Translations under genes and position numbers: made by a program
Notes under the pieces: model-generated
What the model saw: the letters and a program-made list of their open reading frames with translations, nothing else
Database searches by the model: none
Told to the model about the DNA's origin: nothing
Assembly (NCBI GenBank): GCA_030390025.1
Contig: CM059425.1
Location: 166,658,001-166,722,000 of the forward strand
Source: Squalus acanthias
Taxonomy: Eukaryota
Direction: 5' to 3'
DNA length: 64,000 nucleotides
Shown here: in pieces, positions 24,746 to 38,293 of the stretch
How positions within the stretch are numbered: position 1 is the stretch's first letter
How the letters are laid out: each line of letters opens with the position of its first letter

Positions 24746-26857
24746 AAAAGAAAGAACTTACATTTCTATAGCGCCTTTCACAACTTCAGGATGTCCTAAA
24801 GTGCCTTATAGCCGATTGTAGAATTCGCAATATATCGCGATTTTATTAATAAGGAGAAAACACAGAGTTTCGTTCAAACAGCTTTTATTTCAGTAGAATG
24901 CTGGCAGGTTTAAAGTGGACACAAGCAGCCTGTAAAATGGCCGCCGCACCTCGTGACAGAACATTCTAGACTTTTCAACAGGCAGACAAGATGGCGTTCC
25001 AATAAACATTTGTGCAAGATCGATTAAGAGTCAGCACAGTGAAGATAATACACGAGACATTATGGGTTTGCAGTATACACATAGATACTGAAATCGGTCT
25101 CCCAGGTACAAAGGAAAGCCATTGTACCGAGTAATCAAGGGCCCATCCAAAAGACATTAATATGTAAAATCCCAACGACTCTACGATGAGAGAGCCGTTA
25201 GCAGGTAGTTATACAGGACACTTGGAAGCCCCAAACCCCTCCAGGGAGATTACCGACCGATTTAACAATGGGAGAAATATTAACAGGTACTCAGACATTT
25301 ACGAGTAGCCCCGAAACCCATTAAGAACGGAGATCACCCATACAAGACATTTGAGTGCCAGACCTTAAACAAAAGAATGGACATTATAGTTGGGCGGGAA
25401 ACGGAAGATTTTGCACTATAATTGCAGGCTCCAAACCGTCCATTCTTTCTCTTGCTGCTCTTATCATCGTGGCTGCTCCTGTGCTCTTATCCGGTCGATT
25501 CGTAACCTCGTGGCTGCTCCTGTGTACTCGTAGTTGGGCTTCTGCTTGCCTGTTGCCTCTTCTGAAAAGACTGTTGAACTTTCTGACCCGTTCGGATCTA
25601 CCTCGTGTCGCGTAACGAAGACCTATATTGGTAACCGGTATCGGAACAAAAAGGCCCGAGAAGAGATGAGATGAGATGAGATGAGAAGAGAGGAAGACCA
25701 TATCCATCGCCACGGTCAGTAAATCCCGACCGCGCCTGTAGGTCGATTAGCCAAGTTTTCCTCGCCAGGAAGACTTCTTCGAACTTATAACGAAACATAT
25801 TGCATCGATGATAACTGGACTGTGCCCAAAGTAACTGGAATGTGAAAGCCACCAATACAGATCTTCATCACAGCAGACGTTCCAGCCTGCTAGCCGGAGC
25901 AGCAGAAGCAAGTAAACAAGTGGGACCAGGAGATCTCCTGACCGACACGTGGGTGCTGCGGTGAAAAACATCCGATCAGCTATTCGGAATTTCTCCGAGT
26001 TATCACGAGTGGTGAGCATGAGTCTCGAGATCCTACGAATCTAGTTTAGGATAGACATTGATAGGGGAGGGTTTAAGGATTAAGGATATTTGTAATGTGT
26101 GCCCCTATTTACTTTGTGCCGTTCGTTCCTCGTTTCCCTAAGATCGACTATATAACTGTTTGTAAGATTGTACTGTCATTAATCTGTGCTTATGACATGT
26201 ATTTCATAATCTTAAGTATCATGCAATAAAGATTTTCCATTTCGTACCATTCAAACCAAGTCTACATGAGTTTCATCTCCATTACTGCTCTCGCATCTAA
26301 GTCCAGTGTCTAGAACCGTAAGGGAGAGTGATTCGAACCACTCACAGGTGTGTCTAGTGTTCCCAGACTGGCTGGAGACCAGAACAGGCAACAAGGCCTA
26401 GACCCGCACTGACATACAGGCTGCACAGAGCCGCGTGAATCTCACAGGCTGCGAGACACGCAGGGTCAGAATCCCTTACAGATGAAGTACTTTTTGAAGT
26501 GCAGTTACTGGTGTAATGTAGGAAACGCAACAGCCACTTTGCACATAGTGAGGTCCCACAAACAGCAATGTGATAATGACCAGATAATCTGTTTTTTAGT
26601 GATGTTGGTTGAGAGATAAAGATTGGCCAACACAGTGGGAGAACTCCCCGGCACTTCATTGAATAGAGCGATGGGATATTTTACGTCCATCTGCGAAGGC
26701 AGATGGGGCCTTGCTGTAACACTTCATCTGAAAGGCAGCACCTCTGACAGTGCAGCACAGAAGTGTCAGCCTGGATTACATGCTCAAGTCTCTGGAGTGG
26801 GACTTGAACCAACAATCTTCTGACTCAGAGGCAAGAGTGCTACCACTGAGCCAAGGC
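24746..26857 (-). mobile_element. tRNA-headed SINE (DeuSINE-like), split by an LTR-like insert
   Basis: Box A/B head at about 26800-26857 on the minus strand. The 3' part (24746-24816) rejoins as GCCGAT|GAAGTAC. Confidence 0.75.
24817..26480 (+). mobile_element. Solo LTR-like insertion (1664 bp)
   Basis: TGTA...TACA termini, CpG-rich, AATAAA near 26225, flanked by GAT on both sides, no long ORF. Confidence 0.6.
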
Positions 26858-27482
26858 TAATACCAAAAGAACTATAGTACAGTGTTGTGTAGCACGAAGG
26901 CCAGCACTGATAGACAAGAAAATAATAGTATACTTATTTAAATCTTTAGAATTCAATATCACAAGGACACCATGAAATTTAATGAAACATTTCAAAACAT
27001 CGTCCTTTACACAGTTGTTCAAGAAATTATTACATCATTTCCATTAATCTATTGGCATTAATTAATCATATTAGACTTATCCTCTGAGTTAGATAAAATT
27101 CTAAATGTCACTTTATATGAAAAGAGTATTAATTGACTTTTATCTACCAAATCACTTCTAATGAACAAAAGTTGTTTAATGCTATATCTTTTCTATCTCC
27201 TTGCTTAGCTACTTGCTCCGACTGAACCAGACAGATCGGCAGAGAAATTGGCTAAACCCAAAAAATGGGCGTGGGGTTTGCAGTATGCGATTAACCCGTG
27301 CCCATTCATTGTGTTGCAGGCAGTACGGTAAATTTGTGCTGCTTGCTGCTTTCCATGATTGTTGCATGCAGTCAGCGCTACCCGCCCTGTTCATTGGCTG
27401 CATGCATCAGCAGGGGGCCTGATATCGCGAGTGGCTAGCACTACTTAAAGGCAGCCTGGACCTCTTAAAATGAAGATTCATT

Positions 27483-28286
27483 GGGCTGGATTTGGTCTTG
27501 GGGTCGTGTTACCCGCATTTTGTGTTCCCCCCCCCCCCCCCCAACGACTCCAGATTAATGTGGATGAATGATGCAATTTTAACTTAATTGGGCAATTGAG
27601 TTCCAGCATGTGGGAACCCATGAACCAATTAGTGGTTTCAGTCTGAAAGTCGCCTCTGATGATGTCATCATTGCAGGTCAGAGACTGAGTGCCTGGTCTC
27701 AGAAACTGCTTGGCCTTTGCTGTGAGTGGACCTGCCTGACTTTTGCTGTGAGTGGACCTGGATGCAAAATGAGCAGCTCAGAGAGAGAGAGAGAGAGAGA
27801 GAATTTTTTTTCCATCCAGGTCCTCTCACAGCAAGGCCAGGCAGTCTCTGAAGACATTCAATGCAGCAGCATCAGAGGCGACTTTCAGACCTAATACTAC
27901 TACTACCTTCATCACAATACTACTACTACCTTTATCACATCTCCATTGTAATAGTGGACCTGCAGCGGATAGTCAGCTATCCACTTGTGCTCCCGCCAGG
28001 TTTCACTGGAGTGTTTCACATCAGGCGTACTTCACGTCGGAAAAGGGTTAAACTAGCTAAAACATTTCAAAATGGCATTACAGAGCCAATTTAGGGCTTG
28101 TTAAGGGCTTTAATGGCCTCTCCCGCCTCTTGGAGGCGGGACGGAGTCGGGAACCCCACGACCGATTTTGTCAAAATTGCGTGGAGGCGTGTTGGAGTTG
28201 GGATGGGGTCGGGACCCCCGACCCCGCAACTTTAACCCCCCACACGCCTCCAAACCTGACTCCATGGGTCATTGAAAATCCAGCCC
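27483..28286. mobile_element. Harbinger MITE nested in family B; deletion derivative related to family C
   Basis: GGGCTGGATTT / AAATCCAGCCC ends, ATT TSD at 27480-27482 and 28287-28289. Confidence 0.85.
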
Positions 28287-28351
28287 ATTGTGTCTACAAG
28301 AAGTGGTGGGAGTCATTTGAAAACAGAATCTGTGCTCTGATACTTTGAGCA

Positions 28352-30245
28352 ATGGCTGAACATGTGCGAGAGCGTGCACAAAGGTTTTCAGACAATGCAC
28401 TGGAGGACTTGGTGGAAGAGGTGGAAAGAAGGAGAGATGTCCTGTATCCACAGTGGTGACAGGAGGCCCTCCAGGCAGATGTTCAGGAGGCAGTGGGAAG
28501 AAATAGTTGCGGAGGTCAATGCCAGGAGCATTGCTCCAAGAACATGGATGCAGTGCAGGAAGAAGTTTATCAATCTCACACAAGTTGTCAAGGTCAGTGA
28601 GTTCATCTTCAAATGGCACATTCGCACATCCTACCAACTGCACCACTAGCCTCATCCACTGCTGAATTCACTACGTCCCCATCACTCGCCTACCAACAAT
28701 CTCTATCAATCAGTACTCAACTCTACAATTTATATGCTTTACCTCACCCTCACACACTCAGCACTGTTACAAGCCTCGTACCCATAACTCACAGCTTGCA
28801 CAAAATGGCAGCTATTCCACCATGACAGCCACATCACCCAAACATATTGCACGACACTCACTGACACACTTCCCTCTTTCATGCAGGAGAAGATGGCACA
28901 TAATAGCAAGCAGCAACAAAGAACTGGAGAAGGTCAAGCACACCTGCATGTTTTAACCCCCATGGAGGAGACATCATGGGAAGGGACATCGTTGATGTCA
29001 TGGCCATTGGTGGGACTGAAGCGATCGATGATGAGGGTATCTGCATGCCTAATTCTCCTTCTCTCATCCTACTTCTTCCTCATCCCTTGATCTCTTGTGA
29101 CTTAGAAGCTGCAGATGGTGTAAGCAGGCGCTTCCTGCTTTCTCCTCTCCCATTAGCACAACCCAATCCTTGTCCCTTTTTCATTTCAGATATCCAAGAA
29201 CAGGAACCTTCCCAGTCAGTGGAGGAAGAGGAAGAAGACTGTGAAGATGAAGAGACACCATCACTCGATTTACACTCGCAGCTACCAGCTCAGATACTGA
29301 CACTGCATATGTTTTATAGTCTAGGATAGAGGAAGGAACTGCATGTGGTGAGACACCGGGCACAAGTGCACAAGAACTAGGGCGGGGGGAAAGGATAGTA
29401 CAGGTAGCAGCTCACTGGAGGGCGAGGTTGCACACTAGTTCTGCTGCAGAGGAGTCAGATGAGGACATCGATGGGCCAGGTTACAGAAGAAGGCTGATAG
29501 GTCTACATAACCAAATGCTTGGTGCACTGGAATGCCTGCCAGAAAGCCTGCATGCAATGTCAAGGAGCATGAAGGAGTCCAGCACCAACTTGGCACAGGC
29601 CTTTGCGCAGAGCTTGGAACCCATCCTTTCCAACATGGAATGGGTGGTCACCTCCAGCAGCACACCTATGGAACCCATCATGATGCAGCATCCGATGGCC
29701 AATGCCACAACTTCCATTGCAGCACAAACAGCTTCCATCAAAGGTCTGAGTGCTGCAGTGGAAGCTCAGACTACTGCCTTGCAAGTTTAGACTGCTGCCA
29801 TCATGGCTCTAGATACCACTGTTCAAAGGGGCTTCCAGGGCGTCACAGCAGTCCATCAATCTGTTCTCCAACAGATCACTAGGATTGCTGCAGTGCCCCA
29901 GGGGAGTGGCAGTGGCTCCATGGAGCACGGACCTGCTGTCCTCTCTCAGGATGACAGCATTCCTGCTCCCACCACTGCTATCCGCCAGTGACCTTGCTGT
30001 TGCCTGTCAGCCAGCCAGCCTGGACTGCTGCAGCCAAGGCCGAAATGGTGCAATCTGAAGCCAGGTCTTCTAGGCGCAGAGCTGCTCAAGGTCATTCTCC
30101 AAGGCCATCTGCAGTCTCCTCAATTGGAGGTCAGCAGCCTTATACCACCCATGCTGCAACCACTGGGGAAGAACCTTGTAGGAGCACCAGGATAGGCAAA
30201 GGCACCTGGAAAATAGGCACTGAGGGAATGTGCAAGGGTGGTTAG
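28352..30245 (+). pseudogene. Harbinger Myb/SANT protein pseudogene (3 exons)
   Basis: MAEHVRERAQRFSDNALEDLVEEV..., WEEIVAEVNARSIAPRTWMQCRKKF, exon 2 KMAHNSKQQQRTGEG; frameshifts and stops. Confidence 0.8.
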
Positions 30246-30399
30246 TTTATTTTTGTATGCATTATGAAATGATTGGAATGTGCATTTTCTGGTGGTTTTT
30301 ATTTTTGTGTTGTGGGAAAGAGGATGATCTGATGGTCAGTGATGGAGGAAAGGTAAGGAGCATGGGAATATTGGTGAATGGGGAGGTGTGGTTGAGGTT

Positions 30400-31554
30400 A
30401 CTGGTATCGCTCATTAATTGTTTCATCATGTAGCGCCCCCTTTCTCGTCCTGTTCCTCCACTTCCTGTTGCACTTCCTCCTCCTCCACTTCCTCCTCTTC
30501 CTCCTTCTCTTCGTCCTGTTCCTCAGCTTCTCGTCTTGTAGGTGGTGGAAAGGGCTGTTCCCTCATAATGGCCAGGTTGTGCAGAATGCAGCATACTACC
30601 ACAAATCTTGAGACCCGCTCAGCTGAGCACTGCAGGGCTCCACCAGAGTGGTCCAGGCAGTAGAAGTGTTGCTTGTGCTCACCAATGGTGTGCTCTATAA
30701 TGTTCCTTGTGGCAGCATGGCTCTCACCGTAGGCATGCTGTCCACATGTGCATGGGTTCCGGACCAGAGTCATGAGCCATGTCATGAATGGATAACCCTT
30801 GCCGTCCAAAATCCAGCCTTTGACTTGCCCTGGTGTGTCAAATACAGCTGGCACAGAGGACTGCTGCAGAATGAAGGAATTGTGACTACTGCCAGGATAA
30901 CGGGCATTCACCTGCATGATGTGCTGCCTGTGGTCATACACCAGCTGCACATTGAGGGAGTGGAATCCCTTTTGGTTCATGAAAATGGCTAAGTTGACAT
31001 AAGGCGCATGCAAAGCAATGTGCTGCAGTCAATGGCACCCTGCATCATGGGGAATCAAACTCTTGTGCTCGCTCTGCCTGCTTGACTCTGGCAAGAGGGG
31101 TTGAGATGAAGCTGTTTCTCTTTCTATAGAGAGCCTCAGTGACCTCCCTTATGCAGCAAGGGAGATGCTGCAAACTGCGAGATGTTGCTTATATCTCCAG
31201 CAGCATCCTGGAAGGAACCAGATGCATAAAAGTTAAAAGCCACAGTCACCTTGACAGCCACAGGCAATGCAGTCCTTGCCCTGCTTTGAGGTTGCAGTTG
31301 TGGCTGCAGCAGTTGGCAGATTACAGTCACGACCTCTTTAGTGAAGCGGAGACGTCTCAAGCATTGGTCGTCGCTGAAGTTGAGGTAAGAGAATTGCTCC
31401 TTAAAGATCCTCTGCGGATATGGCCTCCTGCTGAGAGCCCTTCTCCCCTCCTCCAGCCTCCAGCTTGTCCTGCTCTGCATGGCCTCGGTTCATTCTCCCA
31501 GTGATGCTCAATTTCAAGAGGAAGGCCTACCAGGCCACCCATGTCTCGAAGCAA
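30400..31554 (-). pseudogene. Harbinger transposase pseudogene
   Basis: [31 protein letters not shown] and IIEHTIG motifs spread over broken frames. Confidence 0.9.
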
Positions 31555-32044
31555 CTTGTTTCAGCCCAAGCTTTTAAATGAACAAGAAGTACTTCAGCAC
31601 CAGCCAGACCGCTCCTTGTAGACCATTGAAACTTTAGGCAAGAATAGGAAAGCTCCAAAAACACGTAGAATTGCACCAGCAGACAGAAGAAATAATCCAA
31701 CAACTAACCTGTTAGTAGTTCATGACCCATTTAAGTTGAGCTGGTGGGGGGTCCTACATGCCTTTTAACGTGGTGTTCAGCTGTGCGAGGTTAAGACGAG
31801 GCGTAAGCTGGAGCATGGTGTTGCACACTGATTGACGTCATAATCTGCCTGCTCTGCATGCTGCCAGCAGTCATTAGGTGTGCATGCGCAAACCTCTTTG
31901 GCAAGATGACATCCAGCGCACTTCACGTCGGAAGTGTGCGCGCGCATCTTGGACACCATTTTCGAGCATTAGGAGGTCACGTAGCTCCTAAAAATCGGGC
32001 ATTACAGAGCTGATTTCACCCCAATCTTGTATGACCTGAGCCAC

Positions 32045-34898
32045 ATTTATTTTATTCATTCATGGGATGTGGGTGTCGCTGGCATGGCCAGCATTTATTG
32101 CCCATCTCTGATTGCCCTTGAGAAAGTGGTGGTGAGCCGCCTTCTTGAACTGCTCCAGTCCGCGTGGTAAAGGTACTCCCACAGTGCTGTTAGGGAGGGA
32201 ATTCCAGGATTTTGACCCAGCGACAATGAAGGAACGGCGATATACTTCCAAGTCAGGTTGGTGTGTGACTTGGAGGGGAACTTGGAGGTGGTGGTGTTCC
32301 CATGAGCTTGCTGCCCTTGTCCTTCTAGGCGGTAGAGGTTGTTGGTTTGGGAGATGCTGCTGAAGAAGCCTTGGCGAGTTGCTGCAGTGCATCTTGTAGA
32401 TGGTGCACACTGCAGCCATGATGGAGGGAGTGAATGTGTAAGGTGGTGGATGAGGTACCAATCAAGTGGGCTGCTTTGTCCTGGATGGTGTTGAGCTTCT
32501 TGAGTGCTGTTGGAGCTGCACTCATCCAGGCAATTGGAGAGTATTCCATCACACTCCTTACTTGTGCCTTGTAGATGGTATAAAGGCTTTGGGGGAGTCA
32601 AGAGGTGAGTCACTTGCTACAGAATACCCAGCCTCTGACCTGCTCTTGTAGCCGCAGAATTTATGTGGCTGGTCCAGTTAAGTTTCTGATTAATCGTGAC
32701 CCCCATGATGTTGATAGTTGGGGATTCACCGATGGTAATGCTGTTGAATGTCAAGGGGTGGTGGTTAGACTCTCTCTTGTTGGAGATAGTCATTGCCTGG
32801 CACTTGTGTGGTGCGAATGTTCAGCCCACGCCTGAATGTCATCCAGGTCTTGCTGCATGTGGGCATGGACTGCTTCATTATCTGAGGAGTTGCGAATGGA
32901 ACTGAACACTGTGCAATCATCAGTGAATATCCCCTCTTCTGACCTTATGTTGGAAGGAGCTGAAGATGGTTGGGCCAAGGACACTGCCCTGAGGAACTCC
33001 TGCAGCGATGACCTGGGGCTGTGATGATTGGCTTCCAACAACCACAACCATCTTCCTTTGTGCTGGGTATGACTCCAGCCAGTGGAGAGTTTTCCCCCTG
33101 ATTCCCATTGACTTCAGTTTTACTAGGGCTCCTTGATGCCACACTCAGTCAAATGCTGCCTTGATGTCAAGGGCTGTCACTCTCACCTCACCTCTGGAAT
33201 TCAGCTCTTTTTGTCCATGTTGGACCAAGGTTGTAATGAGGTCTGGAACTGAGTGGTCCTGGTGGAACCCAAACTGAGCATCAGTGAACAGGATATTGGT
33301 GTGTAAGTGCCGCTTGATAGCACTGTCGACGACACCTTCCATCACTTTGCTGATAATTGAGAGTAGACTGATGGGTATGTAATTGGATGGATTGGATTTG
33401 TCCTGCTTTTGTGGATAGGACATACCTAGGCAATTTTCCACATTATTGGGTAAATGCCAGTGTTGTAGCTGTACTGGAACAGCTTGGCTAGAGGCGCGGC
33501 TAGTTCTGGAGCACAATTCTTCCGCATGACAGCCAGGATGTTGTCGGGACCCATAGCCTTTGCTGTATCCAGTGCGCTCAGCCGTTTCTTGATATCACAT
33601 GGAGTGAATTGAATTGGCTGAAGACTGGCTTCTGTGATGGTGGGAACCTCAGGAGGAGACCGATATGGATCATCCACTCGGCACTTCTGGTTGAAGATGT
33701 TTGTCAACGCTTCAGCCTTGTCTGAATCAAGGGAAATGGGAATAGTTCAGGAAAGTGGGGATGAGGTAGAAGATCAGCCATGATCTTATTGAATGGCAGA
33801 GCAGGCATCGAAGGGCCAAATAGCCTACTCCTGCTCCTATTTCTTATGTTCTTATGTCTTTTGCACTCACGTGCTTGGCTCCGCCATCATTGAGGATGGG
33901 GATGTTCATGGAGCCGCCTCCTCCAATTAGTTGTTTAATTGTACACCACTGTTCACGACTGGATGTGACAGGACTGCAGAGCTTTGATCTGATCTGCTGG
34001 TTGTGGGATCGTTTAGCTCTGTCAATAGCATGCTGCTTCCGTTGTTTAGCATGTGCTGTCCTGTGTTGTAGCTTCACCAGGTTGGCATCTCTATTTTAGG
34101 TATGCCTGGTGCTGCTCCTGGCATGCTCTTCTACACTCCTAATTGAACCAGGATTGGTCGCCTGGCTTGATGGTAACGGTAGAGTGAGGGATGTGCCGGA
34201 CCATGAGGTTACAGATTGTGGTGGAATAGAATTCTGCTGCTGCTGATGGCCCACAGCGACTCATGGATGCACAGTTTTGAGCTGCTAAATCTGTTCTGAA
34301 TCTATCCCATTTAGCATGGTGGTAGTGCCACACAACATGGTGGAGGGTGTCCTCAGTGTGAAGATGGGGCTTCGTCTCCACAAGGACTGTATGATTCTGT
34401 GAGTAAGACTAGGTCAGGCTATTGCTGTGGGGTAGCTTTCCCAATTTTGACACAAGTCCCCAGATGTTCTTGAGGAGGACTTTGCAGGGTCGACTGGGCT
34501 GGGTGTGCCTTTGTCGTGTCCAGTGCCTTGGTCGATGTCGGGTGCTCCGTCTGGTTTTATTCTTCGTATTCTTTGTAGCGATTTGGTACAACTGAATGGC
34601 TTGCTAGGCCATTTCAGAGGGCAGTTAAGAGTCAACCACATTGCTGTGGGTCTGGAGTCACATATAGGCCAGACCAGGTAAGGACGGCAGATTTCCTTTT
34701 CTAAAGGACATTAGCGAACCAAATGGGTTTTTACAACAATCCAGTAGTTTTATAGTCACCTTTATCGACACTAGCTTTTTATTCCAGATTTATTTACCTT
34801 AATTTAAATTCCCCAGCTGCACAATTCGAACTCATGTCTCCGGATCATTAGTCCAGGATTACTAGTCAGTAACATAACCACTACACTACCGTAGCCCC
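32045..34898 (-). mobile_element. Degenerate non-LTR retrotransposon (APE+RT) with a tRNA-like 5' head
   Basis: APE start KVLLKNIWGL, RT motifs [19 protein letters not shown] and FTDD, ATGAATGAATAAAA tail. tRNA-like head at about 34820-34898. Confidence 0.85.
33724..33855 (+). repeat. CR1 3' tail nested in the LINE
   Basis: GATCAGCCATGATC...TTCTTATGTTCTTATG. Confidence 0.75.
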
Positions 34899-35319
34899 GA
34901 ACAGAATATACATACGTGGATCAACAAGTTAGTAAGGACCTAACTCTCTCAGAATTATGCCAATTTAGTGGCCAACTGCCTAAATATGATGGGGTAGAAA
35001 ACACAACCCATCTCTTAAATAAAGTATGATCGCTTCAGCAGGTGCATGCTTTGACAAACAAGGATGCTTGTCGACTGCTACAGGCTGCCTTACCTCTAGG
35101 CGTGACACTGCCTGAGCGGTTTATAGAGGGACCAGAATTCCCAAACCATGATGTGTGCGAGGCTGTGGGATGTAGGGTAATGGTCAATGTTCCCTCGAAT
35201 TTTTTTTTGAGTGTGCAGCCCATTCAAATTCCTGCACATGCGCAGTTTTTCCATTGTAAAGCCATGGAGTGGTCTGCGCGTGACCTACAGACCTCCTCTT
35301 AAACTCCACATCCAATTCA

Positions 35320-35910
35320 TCACCATGAAAAGCTACTTTGACATCCAAATTATCACCGGTCTCTATCCCTATTTCACCCCACTGCCACTGAAACCTTTAT
35401 CTACACTATCAGGCTTGAATTTTCTACTGCCCTCCTTGCTGACTCCCCATGCTCCACCTTACAGAAACTCCAACTGATCCAAAACTCTGACACACACTGC
35501 GCTAAGTTCTGCTCACCTATCACCTCTGACTTCATCAATCTCCATTGGCTTCCTGAACCTCAGCACAATCCTTGTCCACATTCTAAAATGGCATCACTCC
35601 ACCCTACCTCTCCAGCCTCTTCCATTTCTACATACCTGGCATAACCTCCACTGTTCTGACTCTGGTCTATTCTGCATTCCCACCTCTTCTCACTCCACCA
35701 TAGTGGCTGACTCTTCAGGTACCTGGCCCCAGGCTCTGTAATTCTCTTCCTAAACCCCTTTACCTTACTTCATCTCATTCCACCTTTAAAAGCCTCCTTA
35801 AAACCTATCTTCTTTGACTGCACCGTTTACGACTCTATTAAATCTTCTCCCTACTCCTGTTTACGCGGTTCCACGTCCTTAGCTGTAAAGTACCTTGAAG
35901 TTTTTATTAT
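35320..35910 (+). repeat. L2-like LINE 3' fragment
   Basis: Decayed KLQLIQN..PIT...LHWLP and FKSLLKT motifs. Confidence 0.6.
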
Positions 35911-35926
35911 GTCAAAATTATTAAAT

Positions 35927-36688
35927 GGGCCAGAAATTCAGCTCTCCGGCTTCCCGCGGGTGCAAGGATCGCGCGTGTACTTACCTAGCGCGCCTGCCGT
36001 TGTGCTTCGGGCCCGCGTGCAATTCGGCTCCTGGGCCTCCTGCAGCTGCCGGCGCGCAGTGCTTGCGTATCCCAGGGGCGCAGTTAGTTCGAAGCGTCCC
36101 CTGGGATCACGTGGGCCATGGAGAGCCAATCGGAGCAGGGAATCTCCATTCATAAATTTTGACAGGAAGACCTGTCAAATCTATGAATAGAGATCGGCCC
36201 CAAAACCTCACTAAAACTTCAAAAATTTTTTTTTAAAAATCACATTTTTAAAATAACTATAAATTACATAAATTAACTACTTTAAACAAAAATTAAAATT
36301 TTTGAAAAAATTAATTACACTTTTTAACGGTACTAAAAATAAACTTACCTTTCTTTAAAGTATGTAAAAAAGATAAACCTGTTGAAAAAATGTTTAAATT
36401 GTACTTAATTCACCACTTACCTTGTTAAAAGCAGGCCTTGCGCCTCCTTTTTTCCTGCACAGCTTCTCCGTACTTACCCTCACGGAGAAACCTGAAAAAA
36501 AACGATGTTCGCTGCGTGCACGCTGCCTCTCCGGCGCACGCGTTCGACCTCTGAACCCCTTCCTTCAGGGGAACGGATGTTCCGGTTTCCAGCGCATGCG
36601 CAGTGCATGCGCGAAACCGGCACTTTCGTTGGGTCTATGGGTGAGTACACAGCGCGTACTCACCCGTGGAGACCCGAATTTCTGGCCC
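35927..36688. mobile_element. Harbinger-type MITE (762 bp)
   Basis: Perfect TIR GGGCCAGAAATTC; AAT TSD at 35924-35926 and 36689-36691. Confidence 0.9.
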
Positions 36689-36877
36689 AATGGGGAGGGG
36701 GTTGGTCGCCCGGCCCCCAGTCCCGCCCCCGTTCCGCCTCCGGCAAAACCAGAAGTGGGTGGGTTGGAGACGGGATCAGGTTGAGATACCTGTTTATAAC
36801 ACTTTAATTGCCCCCATGCTCCAAACCCACCCATTTTTTGGGGGAAAATTTCGCCCTTTTTATTTTACTGTAATTGT

Positions 36878-37048
36878 GGTGGTAATTTTCACTTTGGGAG
36901 CGCAGGCAGAAAACTGTGGTGTGGACTTGCTGCTTATTATACATCCAGCCTGATTTTCCTTTCCATTGAAAATCGGGTGTGGTGTATAACAGGAGGCCAA
37001 TCCACAACCGTCAGTTTTCTGCCCATGCACAAAGTGAAAATTACCCTC
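36878..37048. mobile_element. Short palindromic MITE
   Basis: GGTAATTTTCACTTTG...CAAAGTGAAAATTACC; TGT on both flanks. Confidence 0.7.
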
Positions 37049-37543
37049 TGTGTCTCTAGAAATATGATGCTGTTGCACCGGCTGTTAAGGCTGGTTTGGT
37101 TGAAAAAATGGTGACCACCTTGCGTGGGAGATGGCAGCTGCCATTTTGGTGAGGCCACAGCGCTGCCGTTGACAGCGCTGGCCTCTCAAATTTAAATAAG
37201 CAGATCGTGATGTCAATCGGCGTGCAACGCCTGACTTGATGCCACGACTGCTAATGTGGAGGTTCTCGCTCTCCATTACGCTGTGTCCTGAATGCGCACA
37301 GAAAAGCGTGCGTGAAGCAGCCCTGCAGAGATGCTGTCAGCGCTTCTTAAAGGGACACACACATCTTTCAGGTAAGTTTGGATTTCAGCTATTGGACTTT
37401 AAAAAAATATTTTGTTGAAGTAGTGGCTTGGTGCAGTAGATTGCAAGGCTTCAGATGGTAAAGGAAGGTCTATGAGAAGTCAGAAAATGCTGGAAATACT
37501 CAGCAGGTCGGGCAGCATCCATGGAGAAAGAAACAGAGTTAAT

Positions 37544-37670
37544 GGGCTCGATTTTGCCAGGCCCGAGGAGGTGGGTTTGGAGGCGTGAGAGGTGTTAAAA
37601 TGGCGGACGGATCCAATCCTGCCTTCAGCCCACCTCCGAGCAATTTTCCCAAAATTGGGGTTCCAGACTC
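37544..37670. mobile_element. Truncated terminus of a family C Harbinger
   Basis: GGGCTCGATTTTGCCAGGCCCGAGGAGG matches the start of 42311. Confidence 0.75.
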
Positions 37671-37677
37671 TGTTTCC

Positions 37678-38293
37678 GCAAGTGGAGAGTATTCCATCAC
37701 ACTCCTTACTTGTGCCTTGTAGATGGTGGAAAGGCTTTGGGGAGTCAGGAGGTGAGACACTCGCCGCAGAATACCTAGCCTCTGACCTGCTCTTGTTGCC
37801 ACAGTATTTATGTGGCTGGTCCAGTTAAGTTTCTGGTCAATGGTGACCCCAGGATGTTGATGGTGGGGGATTCGGCGATGGTAATGCCGTTGAATGTCAA
37901 GGGGAGGTGGTTAGACTCTCGCTTGTTGGAGATAGTCATTGCCTGGCACTTCTGTGGCGCGAATGTTACCTGCCACTTATCAGCCCAAGCCTGAATGTTG
38001 TCCAGGTCTTGTTGCATGCGGGCATGGACTGCTTCATTATCTGAGGAGTTGTGAATGGTGCTGAACACTGTGCAGTTATCAGCGAACATCCCCATTTCTG
38101 ACCTTATGTTGGAGGGAAGGTCATTGATGAAGCAGCTGAAGATGGTTAGGCCTAGGACACTGCCCTGAGGAACTCCTGCAGCGATGTCCTGGGGCTGTGA
38201 TGATTGACCTTTAACCACCACAACCATCTTTCTTTGTGCTAGGTATGACTCCAGCCAGTGGAGCGTTTTCCTCCTGATTCCCAATGACTTCAG
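37678..38293 (-). mobile_element. RT fragment of the same LINE family as 32045-34898
   Basis: [13 protein letters not shown] and QAWADKWQVTFAP motifs; near-identical to about 32530-33120. Confidence 0.85.

Larger units (their letters stand above)
27238..32022. mobile_element. Older full-length Harbinger, family B, degenerate
   Basis: Decayed convergent Myb (+) and transposase (-) genes in the same layout as family A. Right end GATTTCACCCC; left end approximate. Confidence 0.85.

Noticed and set aside
26790..26857. tRNA gene (also about 19250-19307 and 34820-34898)
   Set aside because: Only A/B boxes attached to SINE or LINE bodies; no convincing cloverleaf.
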